Source: Candidatus Dojkabacteria bacterium
GTDB taxonomy: Bacteria > Patescibacteriota > Dojkabacteria > J137
DNA length: 64,000 nucleotides
Direction of reading: 5' to 3'
Assembly (NCBI GenBank): GCA_030950485.1
Contig: JAUZRK010000010.1
Span: 2,043-66,042, forward strand
In this document: positions 40,059 through 51,149 of the stretch, in pieces
How positions within the stretch are numbered: the first letter of the stretch is position 1
Layout: the number at the start of each line of letters is the position of its first letter
Notes under the pieces: generated by a model
Seen by the model: the letters and a program-made list of their open reading frames with translations, nothing else
Told to the model about the DNA's origin: nothing
Database searches by the model: none
Program-made: the position numbers and the translations under genes

Positions 40059-42178
40059 ATGGAAATAACAAGTAAAACTTCCAAATTACGAAGGATATTG
40101 GTAATTTGGATTTTTGCAGCCTCTGCTTTTTTAGCAGTGGGTTTAGGGCTTTATGCCAATAAAGTAAATAGTGCACCATCTGATACTAGTGCAAGCGTAG
40201 CTTGTGGAGGAGGAACATGTAATGATGGGTGGTTATTTGGAGATGATTGTAATGCACCTCAAGGCTCATGCGAGCAAAGAGCAAATGAAGCCTGTGCTTC
40301 ACATGGTGGGCTTCAATCTGGAGGAGGATCAACTAGCTGTGGAGGCGGATCAACAGGTGGTGGATCTACAGGAGGCGGAGGCGCTGGAGGAGGAGGAAGT
40401 ACTCCAAGTGCATGTACTGGAGGAGACACTCAGTGTCCAAATAACCAAGCTCAAATTTGTAGTAATGGTAAATGGACTAATGTATCTGATACAGAAGCAG
40501 CAAGAACAATTTGTGGAACACAACCTGTAAAATTATCAAATGGTGCTTGTTTAGCTCTAGGTCAAACTTCACCAAACTGTAGTAGTGGTATAGTTATTGT
40601 AGATTCTTCTAAGTGTGAGCCTAATGGTATTAATAATGGACAGAGATGTGCATCTTCAACTGAAGTTGCTACTTTAGCTGTAAATGATACTTGCGTAGCA
40701 AGTGTTGCAGACTGTAAGACAGGATGGGCTGAACAAGATGGGAAATGTGCAAATGATACAACAGGAAAAAAACCGCTTAAATGTACAGATTTGCCAGCAC
40801 CAGGACAAGGTAATGAAGCGAATGGAGCATGTGTTACAATTCCAGCTGAATGTAAATCTGGATGGGCTGAATTAGATGGGAAATGTGCAAATGATACAAC
40901 AGGAAGACAAACTCTTAGCTGTACAGATAAACCAGTGGAGGAACTCCTATCATATGGAAACTGTGTACCAGTAGGAGAAGTAGGAGCTAAAGTATGTTTA
41001 AATGGGAAGACTTCTGTTGTTAAGGAAAATGTATGTAAGAGTGGTCAATTCTGTGGGATTTATAATGACAGTGGTTTAGCAGATGGAGTTTGTGTGCCAA
41101 CAGGTGCTGATCAATCAATCTGTGTTTCAAAAATAACTACACCGACAAAAGAGGATGTATGTAAAAGTGGACAAATTTGTGGAAAAAATGTAGCGATAAA
41201 AGATGTTCCTATTTGCGGAGTTACAAGTGTGCAAGTTAGTGAATTTGATTCTCTAAAAGGAAAAGATGGTTATTTATGTAAAATTGGTTCACCTTCTAGT
41301 GTAAATTTTGATGGGTCGACATGGAAATGGTCATGTAAAACAGCAAGTGATGAGAGAGGTTGTAATGCTCAGTCATTTAGTATTGAACCAGTTCAAGTAA
41401 AATCTCAAATTACTTTACCAACAGGACAAACAGTTACAGTTGAGGGGCAAGTAGATTTACGTGTTTTATCAAACCAAACTATTGAAGAAGTACAAGCTAA
41501 GTTTGACGCTGCTGTAAGAGATGTAACAGGCCTATTGTATAAGAAATGCGGTATAATTGAGATTAATACTCCTATAAATAATTTTACATCATGCAACGCT
41601 AGTGTTACTTCTGCATTATCTAATCTAGATTCAATAGTAAGTATCCCTGGACTTACTTTGACTAATATAGATAATATAACAACTGTATGGGAGAAAGCGG
41701 GTGATATTATTGTTAGATATCAGGGTTCAGTTGCTTGTGGTTCTGCAAATAATATAAAGTTGAAAATTGGTGACCCTGTGCCAACTGGAACTGCACTTTG
41801 TTCTATAGGTACAGTTTCTGATAATAAAAATGGACCTAGAAACAATGGAACTAGTCGTGAAGGCACTATTGGTTGGACTTGTCTTTCAATAGATCTGAGC
41901 GAAAGCGTTTCTTGTAGCTATGAAGTATTAGTGCTCCAGTAAATAGGAAAGCAATGTGTGGGGAGGCTGATAGTGTAGGTGTAATAGTTCAAAAAAGAGA
42001 TGAAGATTTATTTCAATCTTTGTGCGCCCAAGGTTCAAGTCTAGTAGAAGATAGTATAAAACAGACTCCTTCTACTGTCCCTGGACCACTTGATATAAAA
42101 TATGATTGGAAGTGTTTTTCTAATAATGATGTTAATAGTCAGGCTGACTGTGACTTAAACTATCTTAGAACGAACTAG
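40059..42178 (+). CDS. Large Cys-rich surface protein, probably one gene with a frameshift near 41925 (ORFs 40059-41942 and 41954-42178)
   Basis: N-terminal TM; Gly linker; duplicated CKxGWAExDGKCANDTTG and CKSGQxCG units; three CG..LC..G..W.C..C modules, the last in the downstream ORF. Confidence 0.7.
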
Positions 42179-42206
42179 TTTTACTTATTTTTATGAAATT
42201 AAAATT

Positions 42207-42809
42207 ATGAAAAGTAAAGATTTAATGTTAAGTGTACTAGCATTAGCCCTAACCGTAGCAGCAGCAGGTGTAATCTACCTATATGCAACTTACGAAGACG
42301 AGGAAGTTAGTGCTGAGCAAATTTTTGATCAAGACAATTCTGGATCTGAAAGTATAGTAATAACTAGTCCATCTGTGAAATTAGAAGGAGCAGGATTTGC
42401 TTTTAGTGAAGAATCAGCTGAATTACAAGTAGGTGAAAGTATGGAACTTTTAGTTACATTGGAGAATTCATCTAGTACCCCAGTCAGTTCTGCTGAACTA
42501 GTACTAGCTTACGATCCAACTGCTATTCAAGTTGATTCAATAACTGGAGTAACTGAAGGATTTAACTTCTTTATTGGAGATGAAATAGATTCCGAGAAAG
42601 GATTAGCTAGAATATCTGCTTCAAGCCTATCAGGAGATATTGAAGGAGATACAGCTTTTGCTACTATTACTATTACAAAAATAGATAATATTAACTCATT
42701 AATTGAAGTTATTGGAACGCAAGATTTAGATAATGCTTATTCACTATTTATCCTTGAAGATACAAGTGAAGCTGCGCCATCTAATCTAGGAGTTATTGAA
42801 ATTAGGTAA
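42207..42809 (+). CDS. Cohesin-domain membrane-anchored protein
   Basis: VG......V........SSAELVLAYDP..I.V.SI...ID.E.G..RI...FATIT. Confidence 0.75.
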   Translation: MKSKDLMLSVLALALTVAAAGVIYLYATYEDEEVSAEQIFDQDNSGSESIVITSPSVKLEGAGFAFSEESAELQVGESMELLVTLENSSSTPVSSAELVLAYDPTAIQVDSITGVTEGFNFFIGDEIDSEKGLARISASSLSGDIEGDTAFATITITKIDNINSLIEVIGTQDLDNAYSLFILEDTSEAAPSNLGVIEIR

Positions 42810-42827
42810 AATAAATTTCAGAAAATT

Positions 42828-42861
42828 AAAGAGCAGGAATTAAAATTCCTGCTCTTTTTTT
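42828..42861. terminator. Bidirectional terminator
   Basis: AAAGAGCAGGAATT..AATTCCTGCTCTTTTTT. Confidence 0.8.
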
Positions 42862-42934
42862 GACTAATTTTTTTAAAGCTGATTGTGTTGCTTAAAAAAT
42901 AAACCTAAGAATAAACTAATTTCAACTCTATTTT

Positions 42935-44803
42935 TTATTTATTTCTCCTCAACTCATACATCCTAACAAGCTCACTAACAGTAGTTGGATAATCTTTATC
43001 TCTATTCCAAATTTTCATTCTTGGAAATCTAATAGAAAGACCTCTAGTTGAATCATCTTTCTTTACAGTAGACTTTACTCCTCTTGCTGCAGTATGCGAA
43101 GGGCTTCTTGTAATCTCGTCAGCATCAATCTCCATTATAATTTTAGGCTCAACCCAGGTATCTGGAAACAACTGTTTTTCAACTACAACTCCATCAGGTT
43201 TATCAGCTACTTCAATCTTTTTAAGATCAGCAACTATTTTTTCAAAATCATCATCCTTTATACCGCTCCCAACCTTACCAACAGAGTAGTAACTATCAGT
43301 TTCAGCGTCGTAGACACCCGCTAGAAGAGCCCCAATTCCAAATTTCGCTCTCTGCCCCCTTCCATTATAATAACCTAATATAACGACATCTAGAGTGTCT
43401 ACGAGTTCGCTCCTAGTATTTGCTTTAAGTTTAATCCAATCAAAATTTCTAGTTCCAGGGTCGTAAGGAGTTCCAGGCTTTTTAATAATGATCCCTTCTA
43501 ATCCCTTATTTATTTTTTCGTGGAAGTAATCATCTAAATCATCAACTGTTTCGCATTGAATAGTTTCAAGCATATCTATAGAGAAGTTATTCTGATCTCC
43601 AGAAGTGGCCAAAGATTTTTGGCCACTTCTGATAATATTCGATAATATTTCAACTCTCTCTTCCAAAATATCTCTTGATACATCTTTTCCATTCAAATAT
43701 AAAACATCAAAGCACATAGCTTTAACTGGAACAGAATCTTTTGCCTCCTCAATTCCATATTTTCTTTTCCTAGTCATAGTCTCCTGGTAAGTTAGGTACT
43801 CACCTTTCTCGATATCAAATCCAATGATTTCAGAATCTAAAATAATAGAGCTAACACCCAGTTTTTTTACATCCTCAATTATTTCAGGAAACTGCTCGGT
43901 CATATTTTCCATATTTCTACTAAAAATTCTCACTTGTTCACTGTCTTTCTTACTTGAATCATAATGAATCTGGCCTCTTAACCCATCTAATTTAGGCTGG
44001 ACAAATGCATTCGGTATTCGCTCCCAGCTTTTTTCAGGATCTTTTTCTCTTTCAACAAGCTTTGAAGCAACTGGAATTCCTACTTTAATCTCAATTTTAT
44101 CAAGAATTCTTTCTATATCATTTTTATCAGAAGTTATAACAGTCTCAGCAAGCTCTCCAATATCAGCCTTTGCACCAAAAGCCTTATCTAAAAGTTTTCT
44201 AAGACTTTTATCACCTTTTATAAACCAAGATAATGAATCGAGAATAGTTTTATCGCTAATCCCTAATCTTAACCCTCCAATAATCACCCTTGTTAAATAT
44301 TTAGCAGTTAATGGATCTATTTTAGAAATAAGACTTAGATATTTATTTGATTTAGCGTCAACAGATCCTTTTCCTTCTAAAAGAGCTAATTCTTTTAACC
44401 CAGTGTAAATTTCTGGAATACTTAACTCTTTATCTATAAACTCGATAGAACTAGAATCAGCCGCAAACAAATCAATACTCGATACTTTAGAAAGTTCTCC
44501 TTCTAAACCTAATTCTACTATTTTTTCAACAACAGAGCCGACATCACCTAACTGTTTAAACATTGTTCTAATAAGAGCTGCATCATAAATTACCTCTAGT
44601 GAATTTAATATAAGTTTACTTGAAATATTAAACTCAAGATCTGTATATTTAGGTGCTAAACGCCCGCCAAACATATAAAGGGCAGGTTTAATGTCCTCTT
44701 TTGAAAGTTTAGCGAAAAAGTCAGAAATAATAATAGTTATTTCATTCCTGCTATTAAGGTTTTCAACCTCTAATAAGAATTCTGCATAGTCTTTAAATTT
44801 CAT
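42935..44803 (-). CDS. lig: ATP-dependent DNA ligase (archaeal/eukaryote-like architecture with N-terminal DNA-binding domain)
   Basis: QPKLDG.R.Q.H, LDSE, FDVL, EGIIIK, WIKLK, DVVILG, SIRFPR. Confidence 0.95.
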   Translation of the reverse strand: MKFKDYAEFLLEVENLNSRNEITIIISDFFAKLSKEDIKPALYMFGGRLAPKYTDLEFNISSKLILNSLEVIYDAALIRTMFKQLGDVGSVVEKIVELGLEGELSKVSSIDLFAADSSSIEFIDKELSIPEIYTGLKELALLEGKGSVDAKSNKYLSLISKIDPLTAKYLTRVIIGGLRLGISDKTILDSLSWFIKGDKSLRKLLDKAFGAKADIGELAETVITSDKNDIERILDKIEIKVGIPVASKLVEREKDPEKSWERIPNAFVQPKLDGLRGQIHYDSSKKDSEQVRIFSRNMENMTEQFPEIIEDVKKLGVSSIILDSEIIGFDIEKGEYLTYQETMTRKRKYGIEEAKDSVPVKAMCFDVLYLNGKDVSRDILEERVEILSNIIRSGQKSLATSGDQNNFSIDMLETIQCETVDDLDDYFHEKINKGLEGIIIKKPGTPYDPGTRNFDWIKLKANTRSELVDTLDVVILGYYNGRGQRAKFGIGALLAGVYDAETDSYYSVGKVGSGIKDDDFEKIVADLKKIEVADKPDGVVVEKQLFPDTWVEPKIIMEIDADEITRSPSHTAARGVKSTVKKDDSTRGLSIRFPRMKIWNRDKDYPTTVSELVRMYELRRNK

Positions 44804-44928
44804 ATAGTTAGTATACTATATTATTTAATCATTTTAATGTCGTTCTCGTAATACTACAGTTTGGATTTAAGTTTATCCTTCCTTGAGGGTGTATAGTAAA
44901 GATACGTTATTAGGGGAGATTTATATAC

Positions 44929-44971
44929 TAATCTGTGGTAATCAGTTAAATCAGTTAGATCTGTGTTCTAT
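44929..44971. repeat. 9-10-mer tandem repeat element, family R3 (TAATCTGTGG TAATCAGTT AAATCAGTT AGATCTGTG)
   Basis: 40/43 identical to 39796-39838. Confidence 0.8.
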
Positions 44972-44999
44972 GGGTATTTAATTCGTTCACTACTTCAAA

Positions 45000-46889
45000 C
45001 TACGAAGTTGCAGGAGGTTCATAAAAATCAATAGACGGATCATTATTATTCTGTGCAGTGTTATTTTGAGGCTGCATATTCGATTGCCCTTGCTGTTGGT
45101 CTAGAAATGCCTGATCTTCAGGTTGATAAACATAATTAACTGTAGTTTCAACAGGCTGAATAGTTGGAAGTGGTGGAGTAGTATAACCTCCATCTGCGTA
45201 GTAATTATAAGTAGAGTTATTTTCATTTAACTCATCATTTCTTTTAGAACCCAAGAACATTATATAAAGTAACCAAGGGATTATTAGTAATAAAATTGCT
45301 ACTAAACAAATTAAAACAATAATATATACTCCGTTTTTACTTAGATTATTACCTAATAGATCTATCCCTTCATTATTTAAAGTAGTCTCTTCCTCTGCAG
45401 TAGAGAAAACCGTAAATCCCCATTCAAACTCTGCTTTCTGTCCAGAACTATCTTCTACAGATACTATAACTAAATGTCTTCCAGTCTCTAATTTATCAGA
45501 AGTCTCACATCTGAACTCGTCAGTGTTAACACTACAATTATTTCGTATATCTGCATTATCATTTAATCTTATTTCAAATGTCTCAGGTAATATCTCAGCG
45601 CCTTCAGAAGGTATAAACAGTCCTGATATTAAAGTTATAACATCATTACTTATTTCTGAATTATTTTCAGGTTGAACATTAATAATTAAAGGAACACTTT
45701 CAATGTTATTTTCAACTTTATTTTTAATTTCAAAATCATCCGAAATTGACTCTACAATAGGATTTCCTTCACTATCAATAAGCTCTATTTTTATATATAC
45801 AGTATCACCATCTTCTATTTCAGCTACATTCCAGTTAATATCTCTAATACTAGAGTCTAACTCAGCAATAGGTACCCAGATTTCTAAATCTTTAGAAAAA
45901 CTTACTACTGTCTTTTCAAATTCGAGTTCTCCAGTTAATTTCCATTCAATTGTATTTAAAGCTCCTTTGAAAATTGATGAGCTAGTAGGCTCAATTATTT
46001 CTATAGTTTGAAAAACAGGGTCTTTATCGTTATTTTCATCAACTATTTCACCACCATTTGAATCATTATCATTATCTGTAGTATCAGGCGGTTGTTGCTC
46101 AGTTGGAGTAGGTGGGGTAGTATTTTCATTAGGTGGAGTTTCAATTACAGCAGGTTTTTGTACAACTAGTGTAAATGATTGTCTTACAGAACCAGCCATT
46201 GAATCATTTACTTCAATGATAACCTCGTATGAAACTGCGTAATTTCCATAAGTAGAAAGAGCTCCACTAGATATTACCCCAGTATTTCTATCTATATTTA
46301 AAATACTTGGTGCTTGTACAAATCTATATGTAAGTTGATCATAGTCACTATCCGTAGCAGCTACTTTATAATTAAAACTTTCTCCTTCAATTAAGACTGT
46401 TTTATTTGGTACAGAAGTTATTGTAGGTAATGAATTATTATTTATTATTTTTACGTACCTGTAATTACAAACTGAGTAAGGAGTTGTCCCATCTAACATT
46501 GATGCACATACTCTTAAACAGTAATTCCCGTCACTAAGTGGGTTAAGTGTAGTAGTTTGTGTTGTATTCCAGCTTATAGAATTAGAGACTTGCTGGCTAG
46601 AATTACCGTAAGTTTGATTAGTTACATTACCATAAAATGTATTTTCACAACTTACTGAATCATAAAGCCTTACTGAAATAGGAATACTTTCTTGTTCATC
46701 GTCATACATTCTCCATCTAATATCAATATTACCTTTTACAGTGCCACTTGCCGCAGGAGCTTCTACAAAAAATATGTCAGCTGGATCAGCTATTTCAGCA
46801 GCGCTGACAGGAAATGGATGTAGAAATATTAGGGTTATAAAGAAACTCCCTAAGAAATAAATAATGGTTTTTAAATTTAGCTTTTTCAT
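45000..46889 (-). CDS. Multi Ig-like domain surface protein with a TM and a Q/P-rich cytoplasmic tail
   Basis: PTITS.P......GE.FNY.V.ATDSD.D.LTY (putative Ig), P/T linker, C-terminal TM. Confidence 0.7.
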   Translation of the reverse strand: MKKLNLKTIIYFLGSFFITLIFLHPFPVSAAEIADPADIFFVEAPAASGTVKGNIDIRWRMYDDEQESIPISVRLYDSVSCENTFYGNVTNQTYGNSSQQVSNSISWNTTQTTTLNPLSDGNYCLRVCASMLDGTTPYSVCNYRYVKIINNNSLPTITSVPNKTVLIEGESFNYKVAATDSDYDQLTYRFVQAPSILNIDRNTGVISSGALSTYGNYAVSYEVIIEVNDSMAGSVRQSFTLVVQKPAVIETPPNENTTPPTPTEQQPPDTTDNDNDSNGGEIVDENNDKDPVFQTIEIIEPTSSSIFKGALNTIEWKLTGELEFEKTVVSFSKDLEIWVPIAELDSSIRDINWNVAEIEDGDTVYIKIELIDSEGNPIVESISDDFEIKNKVENNIESVPLIINVQPENNSEISNDVITLISGLFIPSEGAEILPETFEIRLNDNADIRNNCSVNTDEFRCETSDKLETGRHLVIVSVEDSSGQKAEFEWGFTVFSTAEEETTLNNEGIDLLGNNLSKNGVYIIVLICLVAILLLIIPWLLYIMFLGSKRNDELNENNSTYNYYADGGYTTPPLPTIQPVETTVNYVYQPEDQAFLDQQQGQSNMQPQNNTAQNNNDPSIDFYEPPATS

Positions 46890-46906
46890 CTATAACTATT
46901 ATACCA

Positions 46907-48436
46907 TTAAACTTGTGGACCGGCACTTAGCCCAAGTCTTTCTGCAGCGACACCTTCCCATAATAATTTAATATCATCTTGAAGAGTTTGGATACTTGCG
47001 CTAGTTATTGAACCACTTAAAGTATTAAAAAATAGATCTCTAGTTTCTATTCCTTTAGGAATTTTCCAACTAAATGCACTTGGTAGTGAATCAACATAAA
47101 CACTAAAGTATTCATCATTTTCAATAAGATTAGCCATATCAGATCTTGCATATAAAAATCCGAAATAGCCATCTTTCTCTTCTTGATTTTTATAAAGTTT
47201 TTGAAGTTGTTCTGGCCTAGACATCCATTCTAAAAACGCCCAAGACTCTTCAGGGTAAAAACTTTCTTTATTGACCATGCTTCCCCAATAAGTTGCCCAG
47301 TTTAGTAACGGAACAGACTGATCTTCAAGTTGAGGTATGTCTTTAATTCCGATATTAAGTCCTAAATTAAATTGGTCATTTGCTCTTAATATATCCTTGT
47401 ATCTCCAGCTAGTTGCTAATACCATAGCCACTCTTCCTTCTGAAAATCCAGTTGCATCGTAACTAAAGCTTGATTCCCAAGTTTTAGGACTGCTTAAAAA
47501 ACTTTTATAGAAGTTGAATGTGCTTAAGACATCCGAATCATTTGCAAATACAGGCACCCCATCTACTGTTGAGATCTGAACATTATTTTGAATCATTAAT
47601 AAATTAATCAATTCAAACGCAAAAGAAGTGTTAGATGGGTTCCCAGCTGCAAATCCAGCAATAGGGTTATCTGCACTAAAATCGCTTATAGATTCAGCAA
47701 ATAATCTAAATCCTGGCCATTCATCAGGGGGATTGATATTTTGATTTGTACTAGTTATTAATAGATCTTCGTTGTAAACAAGAGCTAATGTATCTATCCA
47801 GAAAGGAACTCCATAAACAAGTCCTCCATTTACAAAATCAGTAGTTACTGCAGGGTAATAACTTGATTGCATTGCTTCCGCTGAAATTATTGGACTTGGA
47901 TAAGCTTTAACTAAGAATTCTTGAGTCCAAGTATTATTAACCATAAAGATATCTGGAGAAGTTAATGGATCTAAAAATAGACTGTTTAACTCATTTCTAT
48001 AATCTCTCTCTGCAGTTGTAAATGGTTTATCTAATGGCCATTGATTAAAATATTGTATGTCTACATTAGGGTTTAATGCTTCATATTCTTGGATTAATGG
48101 ATTTACAACATCCTCATCTAAAAATGCACCTACCCATCTTATTTGTACTGATTGATTATTATTTGTATTGCCATTATTAATATCACCTGGAACTGGCTCA
48201 CCTGTCCCTTTCCTTGTTAAAGCTATTAATAAAAAGATTAGTATAGCTAAAATTCCAAATATTAAAGCTAATAATATAGGCAGTGGAAGAGGTAGTTTTC
48301 TTTTAGATTCACTTGAACCTTGATAGTCTGCTTCGATACCATCGCTATAATAACCATCAGTAACTGAGTAGTCATCATTTATAGGTTCGATTGTATAAGG
48401 TTCTATATTAGGTAAATTTGATGTATCTGATGACAT
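46907..48436 (-). CDS. Membrane-anchored extracellular solute-binding protein (family 1, sugar-type)
   Basis: I.EYE..NPNV.I, PDIF, YGVP...DTLALVYN.DL, F.EGRVAM, SWAFLEW. Confidence 0.82.
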   Translation of the reverse strand: MSSDTSNLPNIEPYTIEPINDDYSVTDGYYSDGIEADYQGSSESKRKLPLPLPILLALIFGILAILIFLLIALTRKGTGEPVPGDINNGNTNNNQSVQIRWVGAFLDEDVVNPLIQEYEALNPNVDIQYFNQWPLDKPFTTAERDYRNELNSLFLDPLTSPDIFMVNNTWTQEFLVKAYPSPIISAEAMQSSYYPAVTTDFVNGGLVYGVPFWIDTLALVYNEDLLITSTNQNINPPDEWPGFRLFAESISDFSADNPIAGFAAGNPSNTSFAFELINLLMIQNNVQISTVDGVPVFANDSDVLSTFNFYKSFLSSPKTWESSFSYDATGFSEGRVAMVLATSWRYKDILRANDQFNLGLNIGIKDIPQLEDQSVPLLNWATYWGSMVNKESFYPEESWAFLEWMSRPEQLQKLYKNQEEKDGYFGFLYARSDMANLIENDEYFSVYVDSLPSAFSWKIPKGIETRDLFFNTLSGSITSASIQTLQDDIKLLWEGVAAERLGLSAGPQV

Positions 48437-48534
48437 TTATATATTTTTACTACATTAGTTTATATTAGAGGAAATCATTCTGCAAACGGTAGTTTTTTTT
48501 TAGACTTTAATTTATTAGTAGAGTATATTTAATT

Positions 48535-49962
48535 ATGATTAATTTAAATCAAAAATATATAGCTATTTGTAAGAAGGTAATGATTTTATTCACTGCCATT
48601 ATGCTTTTGGCTAGTAGTATTGCCTTAAATATCAATAATGTTAACGCACAGAAAACTGTAGAAATATGTAATTTTAATACTACAGCTTTTAATCAAAATC
48701 ATTTTATAGAATTTTCTTTACCTTCTGAAATTAGAGCAGACGGTAATATAAATAGTTTTGATATAGAAATATTATCAGGGTTTGTTCCTGACGGAATTTT
48801 TGTATCTGCATCAGTAGCCGGATCGGATCCAAATGCAACAATTGAACTAGTTGCTAATAATACTACTTTATATACTAACAGAGGGGAATATGAATCGGAT
48901 GCATTTTCTGATTCTGAGGTTTCTGGTGCACTACCATATGGGGATGTACCCGGAGCTTATTCAATGACATTTATATTAAATAGTAGTGGCCTTGCAATTC
49001 CATTTATTCCTGGGGAGCATACTCTAGTGTCTATCCGAATTCATAAAAATCCAGGTGCTAGTCCTAATCAGCAATCCGTTCCAGAAATGGAGTTCTGTAC
49101 AAAGGATATAAATATTGTTAATGACAGTGCACCAGTAGATGAAAATTGTTCAGGATCAAACTCTTTAGTATTTGGAGAATTAACTGGTGATAGAGCAACT
49201 GAAGACTTTACTGTTGGGTTTGAGGCTTGTTTAAATTCAGGGACTATAACAATTGGACCTTCAGATATGAATTTTAATGGTTTTGTCGGTGATACTTTTA
49301 CAATTAACGCAGCAGATGTAGATGCACTAGGTAATCTTAGTGGGTTATTTAATTTCAATCAAGCCCTAGATTTTAATGACCTATATTTAAAAGCTACTAG
49401 TAATATCGGAGGAGTTGAAACAACTATTGCTACTAGAACTGTTAATGTAGCTACATCAGCTGAAGCAGACGTACCAGATCCCTTAGACCCTCAAGTATTA
49501 CAACAGCCAGTGCCAGTAGCACCTGTAGAACCAAGAATCTTAAATGCGGCAGCAGCAGATTTAAATGAAGGCTGTTGCACTGAATTAATAAACACTTCCA
49601 AATATGATTTATGTATGGCTAAACAACCATTTGATACAGCAAATGAAGGTGAATTTGTTTTATGTAATAATTGTATAGAGCAAGGAGGAATATGGATAGC
49701 TATAGGATGCCTAGACGTTACTCCTTTAGGAATTGTAACAGGAATGATTAGAATAGCATTTGGTGTAATGGGTGGAGTAGCTCTAATACAATTAATATTA
49801 GCAGGTCTAATGTATCAGTCGGGTCAAGAAGCTAAAATAACAGAGGCAAGAGAAAAATTCTTTGCCACTTTGGCTGGTCTAGCAGTTCTCGTATTTAGTG
49901 TAGTAATTTTAAGAATTATAGGTATAAATGTACTTGATGTCATCCCTGATGGTAGTATTTAG
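48535..49962 (+). CDS. Secreted domain fused to a C-terminal VirB2/TrbC-like pilin domain
   Basis: C-terminal W.AIGC......G.......GG.A.I..I.AG..Y.SG......EA.E....L.GL......IL.IIG. Confidence 0.65.
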   Translation: MINLNQKYIAICKKVMILFTAIMLLASSIALNINNVNAQKTVEICNFNTTAFNQNHFIEFSLPSEIRADGNINSFDIEILSGFVPDGIFVSASVAGSDPNATIELVANNTTLYTNRGEYESDAFSDSEVSGALPYGDVPGAYSMTFILNSSGLAIPFIPGEHTLVSIRIHKNPGASPNQQSVPEMEFCTKDINIVNDSAPVDENCSGSNSLVFGELTGDRATEDFTVGFEACLNSGTITIGPSDMNFNGFVGDTFTINAADVDALGNLSGLFNFNQALDFNDLYLKATSNIGGVETTIATRTVNVATSAEADVPDPLDPQVLQQPVPVAPVEPRILNAAAADLNEGCCTELINTSKYDLCMAKQPFDTANEGEFVLCNNCIEQGGIWIAIGCLDVTPLGIVTGMIRIAFGVMGGVALIQLILAGLMYQSGQEAKITEAREKFFATLAGLAVLVFSVVILRIIGINVLDVIPDGSI

Positions 49963-49990
49963 TAAAAATGTAAGATTCTTATAAATTTAC

Positions 49991-50557
49991 TTAGTTGTCT
50001 TTACCTGTATAGCTTCCCTCGTCAGTATTTATTTGAATTATATCCCCTTGTTTTATAAACATTGGTACTTTAACGACAAATCCTGTTTCTACAGTAACTT
50101 CTTTTTGTGGGTTGTTAGCTGTATCTCCTTTGACTCTAGAAGATGCACTTGTTACTTCGAGTGACATCTTTTTAGGAAGTGTTATAGAAATAATTTTATC
50201 ATTGAAAAACATTCCAAGGTAAAGCTCTTCTTCTTTTAAAAAACTTCTCTCTCCAGGAATATTTTCTATCTCTACTTCTACTTGTTCAAATGAAATTGGA
50301 TCCATAAAATACGCCTTTGTCTCATCTGAGTATAAAAACTGAATATTATTAGAAACTACATCTGCTTCATCAGCCTTTTCGCTACCAGAGAAAGTTACAC
50401 TTATATTAGAACCAGTTATTAGATTCTTTAGTTTTGTTGAGTTTGATGCGCCACCTCTACCAAATTTTTTCATCTCATGCGAGATGACTATATGTGGTTG
50501 ATCTCTATATATTATGATTTTCTCCTTTTTTATCTCATTCGAGCTCAATGTTGCCAT
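49991..50557 (-). CDS. efp: Elongation factor P
   Basis: GRGGA loop, QFLY.D....FMD..FEQ, KGDTA...K....ETG....VP.FI..GD. Confidence 0.93.
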   Translation of the reverse strand: MATLSSNEIKKEKIIIYRDQPHIVISHEMKKFGRGGASNSTKLKNLITGSNISVTFSGSEKADEADVVSNNIQFLYSDETKAYFMDPISFEQVEVEIENIPGERSFLKEEELYLGMFFNDKIISITLPKKMSLEVTSASSRVKGDTANNPQKEVTVETGFVVKVPMFIKQGDIIQINTDEGSYTGKDN

Positions 50558-50627
50558 AGGTATTTACTAATAATTAGTAGGAGTATTTTACTCATACTAT
50601 CATTTTAAAGCAAATTTCAATTTTGGA

Positions 50628-50679
50628 TTGACATAATTTTAGTTTAGTTTATTATGGAGTTAAGTGGGGGAAAGTGGTG
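50628..50679 (+). promoter_or_regulatory. dcw promoter (TTGACA) with three MraZ-binding boxes
   Basis: ATGGAG/GTGGGG/GTGGTG at 10-nt spacing (50654, 50664, 50674) upstream of mraZ. Confidence 0.7.
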
Positions 50680-50714
50680 ATTATTTAATAAAGTTTCATA
50701 ACTTTAACTTACTA

Positions 50715-51149
50715 ATGTTCTTAGGAGAATACAAAAACAATTTAGGAGATAAAAACAGGATAGCTGTTCCTAAAAAGTTAAGAGATCAGTTTAATGGAGC
50801 ACTAATCTTAACTAGAGGATACGAAGGTTGTCTTTTACTTGTAGATTATAAGAGATGGAATTTTCTACTAGAACAAATAAATAGAAAGGCTCTTTTATCA
50901 TTAAGTGTAAGAGATACAAAAAGATACATTATTGGAGGTGCATTAAACATAGATTTAGATTCTCAAGGAAGGTTTGTACTTCCTGAAAGTTTGAAAATGT
51001 TTGCAAATATAGAAAATGAAGTTATATTTTTAGGTGTGGGTGAATGGATTGAGATTTGGAATTCAGAAAAGTGGAGCAATAAACTTAAATATTTATCTGA
51101 AAATGTTAGCGATTTAGCTGAAAAATTAAGCGAAATAAAAAATGACTAA
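50715..51149 (+). CDS. mraZ: Division/cell wall cluster repressor MraZ
   Basis: MFLGEY, K.RI.VP.K.R, TRG.EGCL, LDSQGR..LP, GVG...EIW. Confidence 0.93.
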   Translation: MFLGEYKNNLGDKNRIAVPKKLRDQFNGALILTRGYEGCLLLVDYKRWNFLLEQINRKALLSLSVRDTKRYIIGGALNIDLDSQGRFVLPESLKMFANIENEVIFLGVGEWIEIWNSEKWSNKLKYLSENVSDLAEKLSEIKND

